Below, one piece after another: positions 9,601 to 19,050 of a stretch of DNA of 64,000 nucleotides. The notes under the pieces were generated by a model. The model was given only the letters and a program-made list of their open reading frames with translations, ran no database searches and had not been told where the DNA came from. Where the stretch lies: the NCBI GenBank assembly GCA_019828565.1, contig JAHDYR010000062.1, positions 1,250,421 through 1,314,420 of the forward strand, in the 5' to 3' direction. The stretch's first letter is position 1, and each line of letters starts with the position of its first letter. The translations under genes were made by a program, and so were the position numbers. This DNA is from Carpediemonas membranifera BICM (Eukaryota; Protista; Fornicata).

Positions 9601-10197
9601 TTAAAGCAGATACATCGGCAGCTTGTGGCCGACGTCGGGGTCCGTGACCCGGGGCAGAGGCGACCGGACCAAGGTCATCTCGGGAATAGAGGGCCGCGGC
9701 GCACGCTGGACAGGAGCTGGCTGACCCACCGCTACCGTAGCAGTCTGCGGGGTGTCGAGCTTAGGGGCCTTGGCCTGCTGCGGGGCAACCTGGCCGCCCG
9801 CCTTGAGGAAGTTGACGCCGTGGCTGTCCTGGAGCTCGGCCCGGGAGATGCCATAGGCCTTGATGACACGCTTACGGAACTTCTGGAGATGAGAGGCGAC
9901 GTTCTCTCTGGTGAGTCCCTCGACGGCCATCTCGTTCAGGATGAGGCGTGGAGTGGCGCTTTTGATGCCGTGCTTAATGACAACGCGGCTGAAGCGTTCT
10001 TCAAGTTCTGGAGTCCAAGTAATACGGCGCTTGTACATTGCCATCGTCATCTGTGCGGTGCTCATTGCTGCATTGTCGGTCATCACAGTTGTGGCGCCCG
10101 AAACCTCTTGGGAAATAGCGGCTTGTGGCTGTTGTATTTTAGTACCCATCTGTGCTAGTACTGGAGCGGGAGCGATAGAAACGGCTGGAGTTGCCAT
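9601..10197 (-). CDS. GARP/SHAQKYF-class Myb-like transcription factor
   Basis: KRRITWTPELEERFSRVV...ATPRLILNEMAVEGLTRENVASHLQKFR is the GARP DNA-binding signature. Confidence 0.9.
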   Translation of the reverse strand: MATPAVSIAPAPVLAQMGTKIQQPQAAISQEVSGATTVMTDNAAMSTAQMTMAMYKRRITWTPELEERFSRVVIKHGIKSATPRLILNEMAVEGLTRENVASHLQKFRKRVIKAYGISRAELQDSHGVNFLKAGGQVAPQQAKAPKLDTPQTATVAVGQPAPVQRAPRPSIPEMTLVRSPLPRVTDPDVGHKLPMYLL

Positions 10198-10663
10198 TTG
10201 GCTGAAAACGAATTGCGGGGCAGATCCTTCGGATGTGGCAGTGACCGAATCTTACGCGTATCCGACCGATCTCGTTCGGAAAATCAAGAGACTGGGGTCA
10301 CCCAACCACTCCACCCACCACTACTATGTCTGTGCCCCAATGTTGGCTTTGATTCGGATCGGATTCGATCATGCACCCCAAGTCAACACTCGTCAGAATG
10401 TTGCCCTGAGTGCCAGGAGTGGATGTCTGGAGCATTATTGAAACAGTCAACTTGCATTCCCGCATCGTATCGGCCCCGTATCAGACTTTGACGAAATGAT
10501 CCCATCAACGACTTGTGTTGACTTCGCAGATTACAGCAGTCCTGGCAAGAGCAACCCATTGCCATGACCTCCAGCTCAACAGAGCATTACATACGAGGTT
10601 TAAAGAGAGAGAGCGAAGGCTATAAAAACAAAGCTGCGAACGAACGCAGTGAAGACGGGAGGA

Positions 10664-12598
10664 CTACGTGACGTCGCCGTCGGCAGAGTAGCCCTCGGCC
10701 ACGATCAGCCGGCCAGACAGCACGAGGCACTTGATGTGGCGCGGGGCCTCGCTGGACGACACCCAGCTGAGCCCCTGGCCCTTGTCGTCGGGGTCCTTGA
10801 GCACAAGGCAGGCCCCGGCGTCGGTGAACTCCAGACAGTCATACTCCTCTCGGGCGACCAGCTCGTCCCAGCCGTCGAACTCGCATGGCCGGGTGAGCCT
10901 GACGGTGGTGGTGTGCTGGGAGCCTATGGGGGTGAGCACGCGACAGTCCGGGGTAAAGTAGCACATGCCGATCCAGGACCCGTCGCTGTACTTGGGGTGC
11001 TGGTACGCCGCAATGACCTTGAACCCGAGCTCCACGGGGCTGCTGAGTACGGCGTCCGGCACCGGGTAGACGTGCTGCTGCTCGTTGGACCCGCACACCA
11101 GGCAGCGTTGGTCCTCGAGGAAGAACACCGTCGTATCCGCCTGATCCCGCTCGGAAAGCGACTGGATGTCGACGATGGACCGGGACGACGCGAGACGGAC
11201 GGGGGTAAGCACGTCGACCGCGGGGGAGGACGAGCCGACGCCCAGGGCACCGTTGCGGTTGGTGCCGCACGCGAGAATGGGGGTCTGGGGGCTTGTCGTC
11301 CATGCAAACATGGCGGCAGCGGTTGAGCTGTATCTCGAGATCTTAAAGTCAGTAACGATCATGAACTGCGGTAGGACCACCCGCGTCGGCGTGGCCACGA
11401 ACGGGGCATCAGAACGCACCCCGAGACAGCCGCTCGTGTTGCTCCCCACCGCATACCAGGAGGCCCCCGCCTGGAAGAACAGGGCTTCGTCGGCCTGCCG
11501 TATGCGGGTGACGCTGGTGTCGGTGTCGATCGAGACCGGCATGGGGTGCTCGACGGCAGTGGCAGCCAGCCCCAGCCCCAGCAGCCGTTGGGAGTTGCAC
11601 CCCCACGCGTAGAGCCCCTTCTCCGTCGACGCGAAGACAGACACAGCACGGTCGTCGTCGGGCGACTGGACGATCGGCAGCACCTGCCTCACATGCGGCA
11701 GACCCCGGACTAAGTATATATGCGGGTCATCAGCCAGATGGTGGTCACGGCGGGTCTGACCGAGCTGCCCGTAGTCGTTGACACCAGTGACAAACACCCT
11801 GCCGGCGATGACGTGGAAGGTGTTGTCCCCAGCATCCTTCACGGTCTGTAGCTTGCGTCTCTCGCGGTCGCACAGACTGAACTTCTTGCACAGGAAACTA
11901 GCCGACTCGGCGATGCCAGAGTAGAAGAGCAGCATCGATATGATCCACGGTGGGAGTGTGTATATGGTGTCCGGCAGCACCTGGTTGCATGGGAGGTTCA
12001 TGGACAGCCGCGGGCGGGTAAGCACCACGTAGGCCTGGAGTAGATAGCGGATGGCCTGGTTCAGCTCGCGGTTGTCGCACTGAACCATGCGGTAGACACA
12101 AGACATGAGCTCTCGGAGCACTTCTTCAGTCGAACTGAGCTTGTCTACGATCTGTCTGTCATCCTGTATGAGTTCGCGGATGGCATCGACCATGACAGGA
12201 ATAGAGCTTCGAATGCACTGCTGGACATAGCTTAGCGATGGAGGGATCATCCTTTCTGATTGGTTGAGGAGTTGGATTAGCTCGTGCAGCTTGATGAGCA
12301 GCGTTCGTGGATCATCTGGAGAAATTTCCCCCACTGCTGCATGCCGATGGTGCGTCCCACAACAAAGACACATCTCATCACACGGTGAATCTGTCTGATA
12401 TCGGTTGCACGGCTTTTCATCGTGTTCTCGCACTTCTGACGCCGGAGGCATCTTGCTTGATATCAGGACGATCACCGTATGCTGCCAGATTAGCGGATTC
12501 TCGTTGACTCTCGACCACAATGCGAGCTCAACACACATTGGTTGTGTGGATCTGCTCACGGGAGTTGGGGCGGGGGTATGTCCAGCTAAATATAGCAC
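10664..12598 (-). CDS. RCC1/BLIP-II beta-propeller repeat protein (likely start ATG 12451)
   Basis: Repeats FVTGVNDYGQLG, YAWGCNSQRLLG, YAVGSNTSGCLG, LACGTNRNGALG. Confidence 0.8.
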   Translation of the reverse strand: MLYLAGHTPAPTPVSRSTQPMCVELALWSRVNENPLIWQHTVIVLISSKMPPASEVREHDEKPCNRYQTDSPCDEMCLCCGTHHRHAAVGEISPDDPRTLLIKLHELIQLLNQSERMIPPSLSYVQQCIRSSIPVMVDAIRELIQDDRQIVDKLSSTEEVLRELMSCVYRMVQCDNRELNQAIRYLLQAYVVLTRPRLSMNLPCNQVLPDTIYTLPPWIISMLLFYSGIAESASFLCKKFSLCDRERRKLQTVKDAGDNTFHVIAGRVFVTGVNDYGQLGQTRRDHHLADDPHIYLVRGLPHVRQVLPIVQSPDDDRAVSVFASTEKGLYAWGCNSQRLLGLGLAATAVEHPMPVSIDTDTSVTRIRQADEALFFQAGASWYAVGSNTSGCLGVRSDAPFVATPTRVVLPQFMIVTDFKISRYSSTAAAMFAWTTSPQTPILACGTNRNGALGVGSSSPAVDVLTPVRLASSRSIVDIQSLSERDQADTTVFFLEDQRCLVCGSNEQQHVYPVPDAVLSSPVELGFKVIAAYQHPKYSDGSWIGMCYFTPDCRVLTPIGSQHTTTVRLTRPCEFDGWDELVAREEYDCLEFTDAGACLVLKDPDDKGQGLSWVSSSEAPRHIKCLVLSGRLIVAEGYSADGDVT

Positions 12599-12999
12599 AG
12601 TTGATCGAGAAGATCAGATGACCATATCGGGCAGGCTAGTCGGTCTCGTTATAGAGGCTGTTACCGCTAGAGGTATCGGGGCACTGCCGCAGTTAATCGG
12701 TCCGCGGGTAGACTTTGACGTGTGAGTAGTGATGGACAAGTCCGACCGAGGACGCCATTCCCGGCGTCAACGCGAGGTAGTGTTATGCGGATGTGATGCA
12801 TGGATGCACCAATAACTGCTGTGGTAGCAAAGATGATAGGTCGGCCAGAGTTTGGTGTGAGTTCCGGACCCTGTTGAATCATTGTTGTCGAGCGCTGACC
12901 CCCACCAGTTATTCCAGGAGTCAACGACTCCCATCACGGCCTCTGACCCACACCCTAAACGACACCTCGCAGTTTACAACAACAACAACGCCCCGACAC

Positions 13000-14922
13000 T
13001 CACCCCGCGGCCCCGAGTATCGCCGGGTGGATGGCCTCGATCAGCTCGACTGTGGGCCTGTACCCCTCCACGCCATGGCACGCCTGGTAAAGATCTGACA
13101 CCAGCTTGTCGGGCACTGCTATCCTCTCCTCAATCAATTGATTAGTCCATGGAACAATTTGGGCCACAAACTCGCCCCTGTTGACTGCAGCCACAAGCAG
13201 CGTGGCCAGTCGACCTGCTATGGCCGGTGAAAGCTGATCCAGGCACGGGTCGGTCGCTGCCAGGGCCTCGACCAGCTCAAAGATCGTGGGCGAGTGCTCG
13301 ACGACCGCGGTAAACCCGTCCTGGACGTCCCCCATCCGAATCGACTCCACCATCGCCGCGAACGCTGCGTCCATCGCATCTGCCTCCGCCTGTGCCTGGC
13401 TTGGCCCCGCTGGGACGACCTGGGCCCGGCTCGCGACCCTCGAGACCACAGGACTCGACTGAAGCGGCGGTGGGGCCGATCGCCGGGCCGGGGCAGGTGT
13501 GGCGCGCTTGGGGGTGCGGGTTACGGTGTGGCTCTTTGCTGGTGCCCTCGCCTGGTCCTCAATCTGGGCGACCTTGTCCTCGACGTTCGCAAGGCGGCCG
13601 ACCACTTCGTCCAGCTTAGCGTCGGTTGAGTGTGTGAAGTCTTCAAATGACTTCTTCAAATCTTTGAGCATGTCCATGACCGCGGAGACGGTCAGCCCGG
13701 TTTCCGGCATCGCGGGAACCACCGGCGGCTGTGCCGGAATAGTCTGACTCCGGCTGAATGTAGCCCGCGGCGTAACCTGCCCGTCTGGGTGATCAGCCGT
13801 CTGCCCCTGGTCGACCCGCGGGGACGCTGTCGTGGTCCTGGTCAGCTTCGGACGGCCCCCAGGACGGGTCATCTTCCGCCTCTCCTTACCCAACGACGGC
13901 CGTCTCCGGGGTGATATCATCTGAGTGCACCCCGACGCCGAGACGCTCACGGGCCTGCCGTCCGACGGCGGGAGAAGGGGCGGGAGCACAGCCTTCGTCC
14001 CCTCATCGTCCGACACGGCGAGCGGTGGGGCCTCGACCTCGCCCATGTCTGGGGCGGAGAAGGCTATGAGCGGTTCGAAGAGCTGCAGCGTGTTGGTCAC
14101 TTCGTCTCGGACTGTCTTGATGCGGTCGAATCGGACAGTGTCCAGAACATCCACAATTTCTCTGGCAAAGATCGACACGCTATCGCCCAGCGTCGAGGTG
14201 GCCCCTAAACACGCCGCGGCGGCCCGTCGACCATGCCAGTCCTCGTCGGCCAGGTGCTGTATGGCCGTCTTCACGATGTCGGGCACCAGCTCCATGACCA
14301 CCGAGCCCGCGTTGAGCATGACAGCAGCCAGCACGTCTAGCGGCCCTTCTGGTGCCATACAGGTTGGCGAGCCAAGTATCTTGATCAATCTCGGCACCAG
14401 ACGGCTGCACTCGTACTTGAGGAGAAAGTCAGCCTGCCGCACCACCTCGCACAGGCACTCGGCCGCACCCACCTGGGCCTGCCTGTCCTGTGTTGCCATG
14501 ACCCCGAGCAGTGGCTTGATGAGCACCGCGAGGGAGGCGCTGTCGCCTACATCTCCCCGGGCCGCCGCCACGAGCACGTAACGGGCCAGGAGCCCCATCG
14601 TCTCGGTGGCGGCCGTGCATATGCCCGAGTCGTTGTCCCTCAGCCGCGTGGCGATGAAGGAGACCATGCGGGGGAGCTCGGGGTACGCCTGGTCCGTCAT
14701 GAACTGGCCGATGACGCCGAGGAGACGGACCACTTCCTTCCGGGATGCGACAGAGTGGTTCGTGTTGGTGGTATATAGGCCTGAGAGGAAGAGACTCATG
14801 TTCCTTGTGGTCATGGCACGTGCAACTAGGCCTGTGAGCTCCTGTACAGCAGTGCCGACAGTGTCTTTGTCATTAAGTTTTCCTAATGCTATGTTCCATG
14901 CTTGTAATTGTGCTGTACTCAT
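13000..14922 (-). CDS. TORTIFOLIA1/SPIRAL2-like microtubule-associated HEAT protein
   Basis: N-terminal KLNDKDTVGTAVQEL, RLRDNDSGI, DEDWHGRRAAA and RFDRIKTVRD, then a low-complexity linker, a short coiled coil and a C-terminal helical domain. This matches the TOR1/SPR2 layout. Confidence 0.65.
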   Translation of the reverse strand: MSTAQLQAWNIALGKLNDKDTVGTAVQELTGLVARAMTTRNMSLFLSGLYTTNTNHSVASRKEVVRLLGVIGQFMTDQAYPELPRMVSFIATRLRDNDSGICTAATETMGLLARYVLVAAARGDVGDSASLAVLIKPLLGVMATQDRQAQVGAAECLCEVVRQADFLLKYECSRLVPRLIKILGSPTCMAPEGPLDVLAAVMLNAGSVVMELVPDIVKTAIQHLADEDWHGRRAAAACLGATSTLGDSVSIFAREIVDVLDTVRFDRIKTVRDEVTNTLQLFEPLIAFSAPDMGEVEAPPLAVSDDEGTKAVLPPLLPPSDGRPVSVSASGCTQMISPRRRPSLGKERRKMTRPGGRPKLTRTTTASPRVDQGQTADHPDGQVTPRATFSRSQTIPAQPPVVPAMPETGLTVSAVMDMLKDLKKSFEDFTHSTDAKLDEVVGRLANVEDKVAQIEDQARAPAKSHTVTRTPKRATPAPARRSAPPPLQSSPVVSRVASRAQVVPAGPSQAQAEADAMDAAFAAMVESIRMGDVQDGFTAVVEHSPTIFELVEALAATDPCLDQLSPAIAGRLATLLVAAVNRGEFVAQIVPWTNQLIEERIAVPDKLVSDLYQACHGVEGYRPTVELIEAIHPAILGAAG

Positions 14923-15533
14923 CCTGGTTGATGAGAAATATCGATACGACAAATTTCGACGTTAAAGTGCGGAGATTTACAAATTGGGGGGTTTGAGGGT
15001 CTAGAGGGCAATGCGCTTCTGCAGCATTGGGGAGATACGGATTATGTTCTCAGCGCGGACGAAAAGCATCTCGTGGGACTTGTGCGTTTTCTGAGTGAGA
15101 AGAGGAGGTTCAACAAACAACGCTGGTCTCCTCAAGAGTATCGGGATCAATTTCTACCTTTGTAATGGTTTCATCCACATCTTCCATGATCAAATTGGGG
15201 TGCTGGTCAAAGCCCTGGGTGAGAAATGAGCGTTCTACGAACATGAAGCTTGCCCTTGAGCTCTCTTCCCTCAATCAGGCGCACATATATCTCTTGATCC
15301 AAGCTGAGCCGAATGAGGTCCAGAGGCTTCGTAATTCTCGTCAGTTCCGACATTGTTGTCGAGCACAGTGCAGATTATGGCACATCATGCTGCTCCCTCC
15401 CAGGAGGCGTGTCATCTGTCTTACTATCTGTGTACGAATGCCATTCATTGTCCTCCAATTCCATCTCCGCTGTTCCCTCGGCCACCACCCAATCCACATC
15501 CCGCCAGACAGTTGTTTAGTAATCTAATGCCGC

Positions 15534-16178
15534 TCACCAGAAGTCGTCCTCAAGGGTCTCGTTGTCCATGTTGTTCGGGGCGAGCGAGTCAAACTCGTCC
15601 AGCACTGCCATCTGCCGATCCCTCTCCGCCTTGGCCTCAAGCTCCTGCCGCCGCCGCTCGGTCCTCTCAGCATCCCTCTGCGCCTTCACCTCGGCCTTGA
15701 GAATACCTCGCATCTCGCGGTCGTGGTCCTGACGGAGCTTGGCCAGGTCTGGGTACTCCTCGCGGCGTGTGTCCTCGACAGCCTTGACGATCTTCTTCAC
15801 CGTCTTCTTCACACGGACCTTCTTCACCAGACGGTCGTCATGGAAGCCCACCTGGCCTACCATCATGTCTCCGGTCTTCTTGAGGTTGCTCCATGGAGTA
15901 ATCACGATCGCAATATCATTGAGCTTGCAGCCTTGGATAGAGTTGGCCTTAACGAGCTGGCAGCAAGCTCCCATGACCTCTGGAGGCACCTGATCGATCG
16001 TGGACCCCGTAACATGCTCGTGCATGCGTAGGTACACGTGTGCGGAGGAGTAGTTGTCTACGTGGAACCACAGGTCCTCCTCCCAGCCATACTTGATCAG
16101 ATCCTCGTTCTCAAACTTATCGCGGCCCATGTAAATCTCCCACTCGGGATGGGAAGCACAGGTGAAGAAGAAGACCAT
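15534..16178 (-). CDS. CCDC25: CCDC25/Jlp2-like NFACT-R domain protein
   Basis: MVFFF...IYMGRDKFENEDLIKYGWEEDLWFHVDNYSSAHVYLR...QLVKANSIQGCK...TPWSNLKKTGDMMVGQVGFH. Confidence 0.92.
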   Translation of the reverse strand: MVFFFTCASHPEWEIYMGRDKFENEDLIKYGWEEDLWFHVDNYSSAHVYLRMHEHVTGSTIDQVPPEVMGACCQLVKANSIQGCKLNDIAIVITPWSNLKKTGDMMVGQVGFHDDRLVKKVRVKKTVKKIVKAVEDTRREEYPDLAKLRQDHDREMRGILKAEVKAQRDAERTERRRQELEAKAERDRQMAVLDEFDSLAPNNMDNETLEDDFW

Positions 16179-16331
16179 CGCACGACGATTCTGTCATAAA
16201 ATGCGGAAAGTTCAAATCTGGAACCTGCGGTGTCTTAGGGTCCACCATATATGCCCCGCATCACCCCCTGACTATACAGGGCCAGCATTTCTTAAACTGC
16301 GCGACCAGAACCAACAACACTCCCAAGTCTG

Positions 16332-17312
16332 ATGGAGGAGCCACCAGCGGACACAGTTAACAAGCGGTTCCTCCCTATACCACCACCACGTGCAGACTCG
16401 ATTCCACAAGGACCCATGTTAGTGCCACCAACAGCGGAAAACCCAAAAAAGGATGATTCGTCGGCATATTCTTGGGTACCGTTGAATTCTCCCCTCCTGA
16501 AGCTTAGTAACGGGGACTATAGCGACTTTGCGACGCCGCCGATCCTTAAGAAGGCCAAAACGCTTTCTCCCTCGAAGATCACATCAGCACAGATCGCACC
16601 ATCGCCGACCCCGTCGGTGTCCGGGTCCGAATACAACGGATTCGCCGGCAACGAGCCCATCAACGCCGACACAGCGCTGGACGACCCCTATCTGGGCGAC
16701 GCCATCCAGGTGCTGAACACGTTTGACCCACACGACAGTGAGATGTCCTCGAGCCACGTGACCTCGCGGCTACAGAAGCTTACGATGATAGCGTGGGCCG
16801 GCGGGGACAAGATCCGTCTCTACTTGGTCCACCACGACATCTTTATGATCCTGAGGGAGCTGTTCACCAACAACGCCGGGACGACATGGGCACAGAGCAT
16901 CAGCAACCTGCTGACCCGGCGGAACCAGGCCGAGTCTGTGCACATCCAGATCCTGCGGACGTATGCCATCATGGCGAGGGGGTCCACCGTGGCGGGTAAC
17001 AGGGCCATCGAGGCCGGGTGGTTGCCCGTGCTGATTAAGCTGCTGGACGCCCCAGAGGTGGACCTGAAGCTGTGGGGGTGTCATTGCATGTTCGTAACGA
17101 TGTTCAACAACACGAACCTGCTGTCAAGCCCCGAGGAGGTCCTCGCGAGTAAGAACACGCGGGTGTTCAAGAACATGTGTTTGGAGTTCCAGCAGGAGCT
17201 AGAGGAACGCAGGCCGAAGCTGGAGAAGATCGCTAAGAGCAGCAGGTGGATGACGTGGAGCTACAACGACGCCAACGAGATCATGAAGATGATGGGGTGG
17301 TCCTATTTCTAA
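16332..17312 (+). CDS. Armadillo-like helical protein (ARMH2-like C-terminal domain)
   Basis: Pro/Ser-rich N-terminus, then KLTMIAWAGG, KLWGCHCMFVTMFNN and a terminal WMTWSYNDANEIMKMMG, recalled as similar to ARMH2. Confidence 0.5.
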   Translation: MEEPPADTVNKRFLPIPPPRADSIPQGPMLVPPTAENPKKDDSSAYSWVPLNSPLLKLSNGDYSDFATPPILKKAKTLSPSKITSAQIAPSPTPSVSGSEYNGFAGNEPINADTALDDPYLGDAIQVLNTFDPHDSEMSSSHVTSRLQKLTMIAWAGGDKIRLYLVHHDIFMILRELFTNNAGTTWAQSISNLLTRRNQAESVHIQILRTYAIMARGSTVAGNRAIEAGWLPVLIKLLDAPEVDLKLWGCHCMFVTMFNNTNLLSSPEEVLASKNTRVFKNMCLEFQQELEERRPKLEKIAKSSRWMTWSYNDANEIMKMMGWSYF

Positions 17313-17674
17313 ACATTATTCCGGCGCTGAGCAATGATGGCGTTTAGGCGTTTAGGTGTCGACTGGCTGACTGGGGTGAAGTCGCGTGGGTCACCCCAGC
17401 CGCGTCAAGCTTGTCTGTCCGGAAGAGACACATCTGGGGTACATCGGGTCACACTCTCTAGATCAGAGTCCCGCTCTGCTTGTGGTTCCTCCGTCGAACC
17501 CGGCTGACTCTGCTCGATGGGAAACCACCGCGGACGTTTGATAGAAGTCTCGCCCATGGCCTGCCAGGCAATATGACTGCGAGGCATGGCTCTTCCGGGT
17601 CAGTATCTGCAGCAGGAGTCGTTCTTCGTGGTAATCAAATGATTGGCACTAAACTGCGCGCACTTCTTTGCGCG

Positions 17675-18905
17675 ATGGGCTCAAGCGGCAAGAGGAAGCA
17701 ATCCGGGCCTGTCAAAGAGGCTAAGGAAGTAGCAAAAAGGGATATTAAGAACTACTTAATCCAATTGGGGGAGAACTGGGCCGATCTTGAAGCCGAAAAC
17801 AATATTATGATGTATACTGACGCAGAAGCACTCCTCGAGTCCCGTTTGAATCGCCTGCCTGAAATGACGACGATGCTCTCTGACCTACTTGAGGATCTAA
17901 CGCTAGTATGGAAAGACCAGGCGACATACGCCGACACGCGCACCATGTTTGTCAACGCCACCCCCCTCACACAGGTACAACACCTACATATCCCGCTCCA
18001 ACGAAATCATAGCGGAGTACAACATTCGATACGCCACCGGGAAGCAGTTTGATAAGCTCCGCCGGGCCCGGGGGATCAAGCACGTCGAGGAGGAACCCCA
18101 GCCAGTCATCCACATCCTGCCACCCCTCTCTGGGCCCGCAGACATCCGTAAGAACCCGCTGCTGAACTCACCCGCGATGGCTCCCCTCGGCATCCGCCCG
18201 CACGCGGCCGCAGCGGAGGTGGCCGCCCTCCGCAACCTAGAGAGCCCCCTGCCCTCGTACGCCGAGGTAGTGGCCCTGTGCCAGCCGTACGTCCCTGTCC
18301 CGCAGGAGGAGAACAAGTTCGAGGTGCAGCGCTACGAGGACGGGACCGAGTACGAGCACCAATGGCTGCTGAGCCGGTACAGGAACAGGCAGGGCGGAGC
18401 GGTGTGCACGCAGTGGACTATCAGTCAGGTGGACTACCCGCAGGGCTGGGTGGACGACAAGCGGACGTACTCGATCCTCAAGGAGTACGTGCTGCCCCTC
18501 CAGGACCCTGCCCACGGCATGTACTACCACATGCGGGCCGGGGAGCGATGCATGGCGCTGTATCCTGATACGACGACGTTCTACCCGGCCTCGGTGATCC
18601 AGGAACCGTCGTACGAAACCCAATGGTGCTACCTGCTCAAGTTCGACGGCGAGGACGACGAGACTGCGATCATCCGTGTGTATGCCCGCTTCGTAACGTA
18701 CCTCATGGAGCCAGACCCCGCTTACCCCCTCCCCGTCTACTCCGGGAAGGGCGCGACGGCAAAGAAGGTCGCCCCGCCAGTTTGCCGGATATGGCCAGGC
18801 TACCCGGACGACGCCAAGTGCCCCACCGTGGCAGATGTGAAGGCCGTGTGGAAGGCCGCGGGTGATGAGCTGCAGCCGTTCATCAAGAGCTTCGGGTCGT
18901 CGTAG
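17675..18905 (+). CDS. SGF29-like tandem Tudor protein (SAGA), one intron 17947-17974
   Basis: ALYPDTTTFYPASV...YLLKFDGEDD is the SGF29 Tudor motif. A 28-nt GT..AG intron joins ORF 17480 to ORF 17949 in frame. Confidence 0.8.
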
Positions 18906-19050
18906 GACCGAGGCGCGCTGAATATAAACTCTTGGGCTGGATGACTGGAATAGTGTGCTGGGCGAGTTGGGATGGTCGGCTGGACAAACTGGTCGTCAGC
19001 AGAGTCGAGACTCCGCGAAAAGTTGGCCGGCAAGACGCAAATTCGCAGAG

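Noticed and set aside
9601-10197. Plant-type GARP factor as a novelty
   Set aside because: GARP-like proteins are already known in diverse protists including Giardia.
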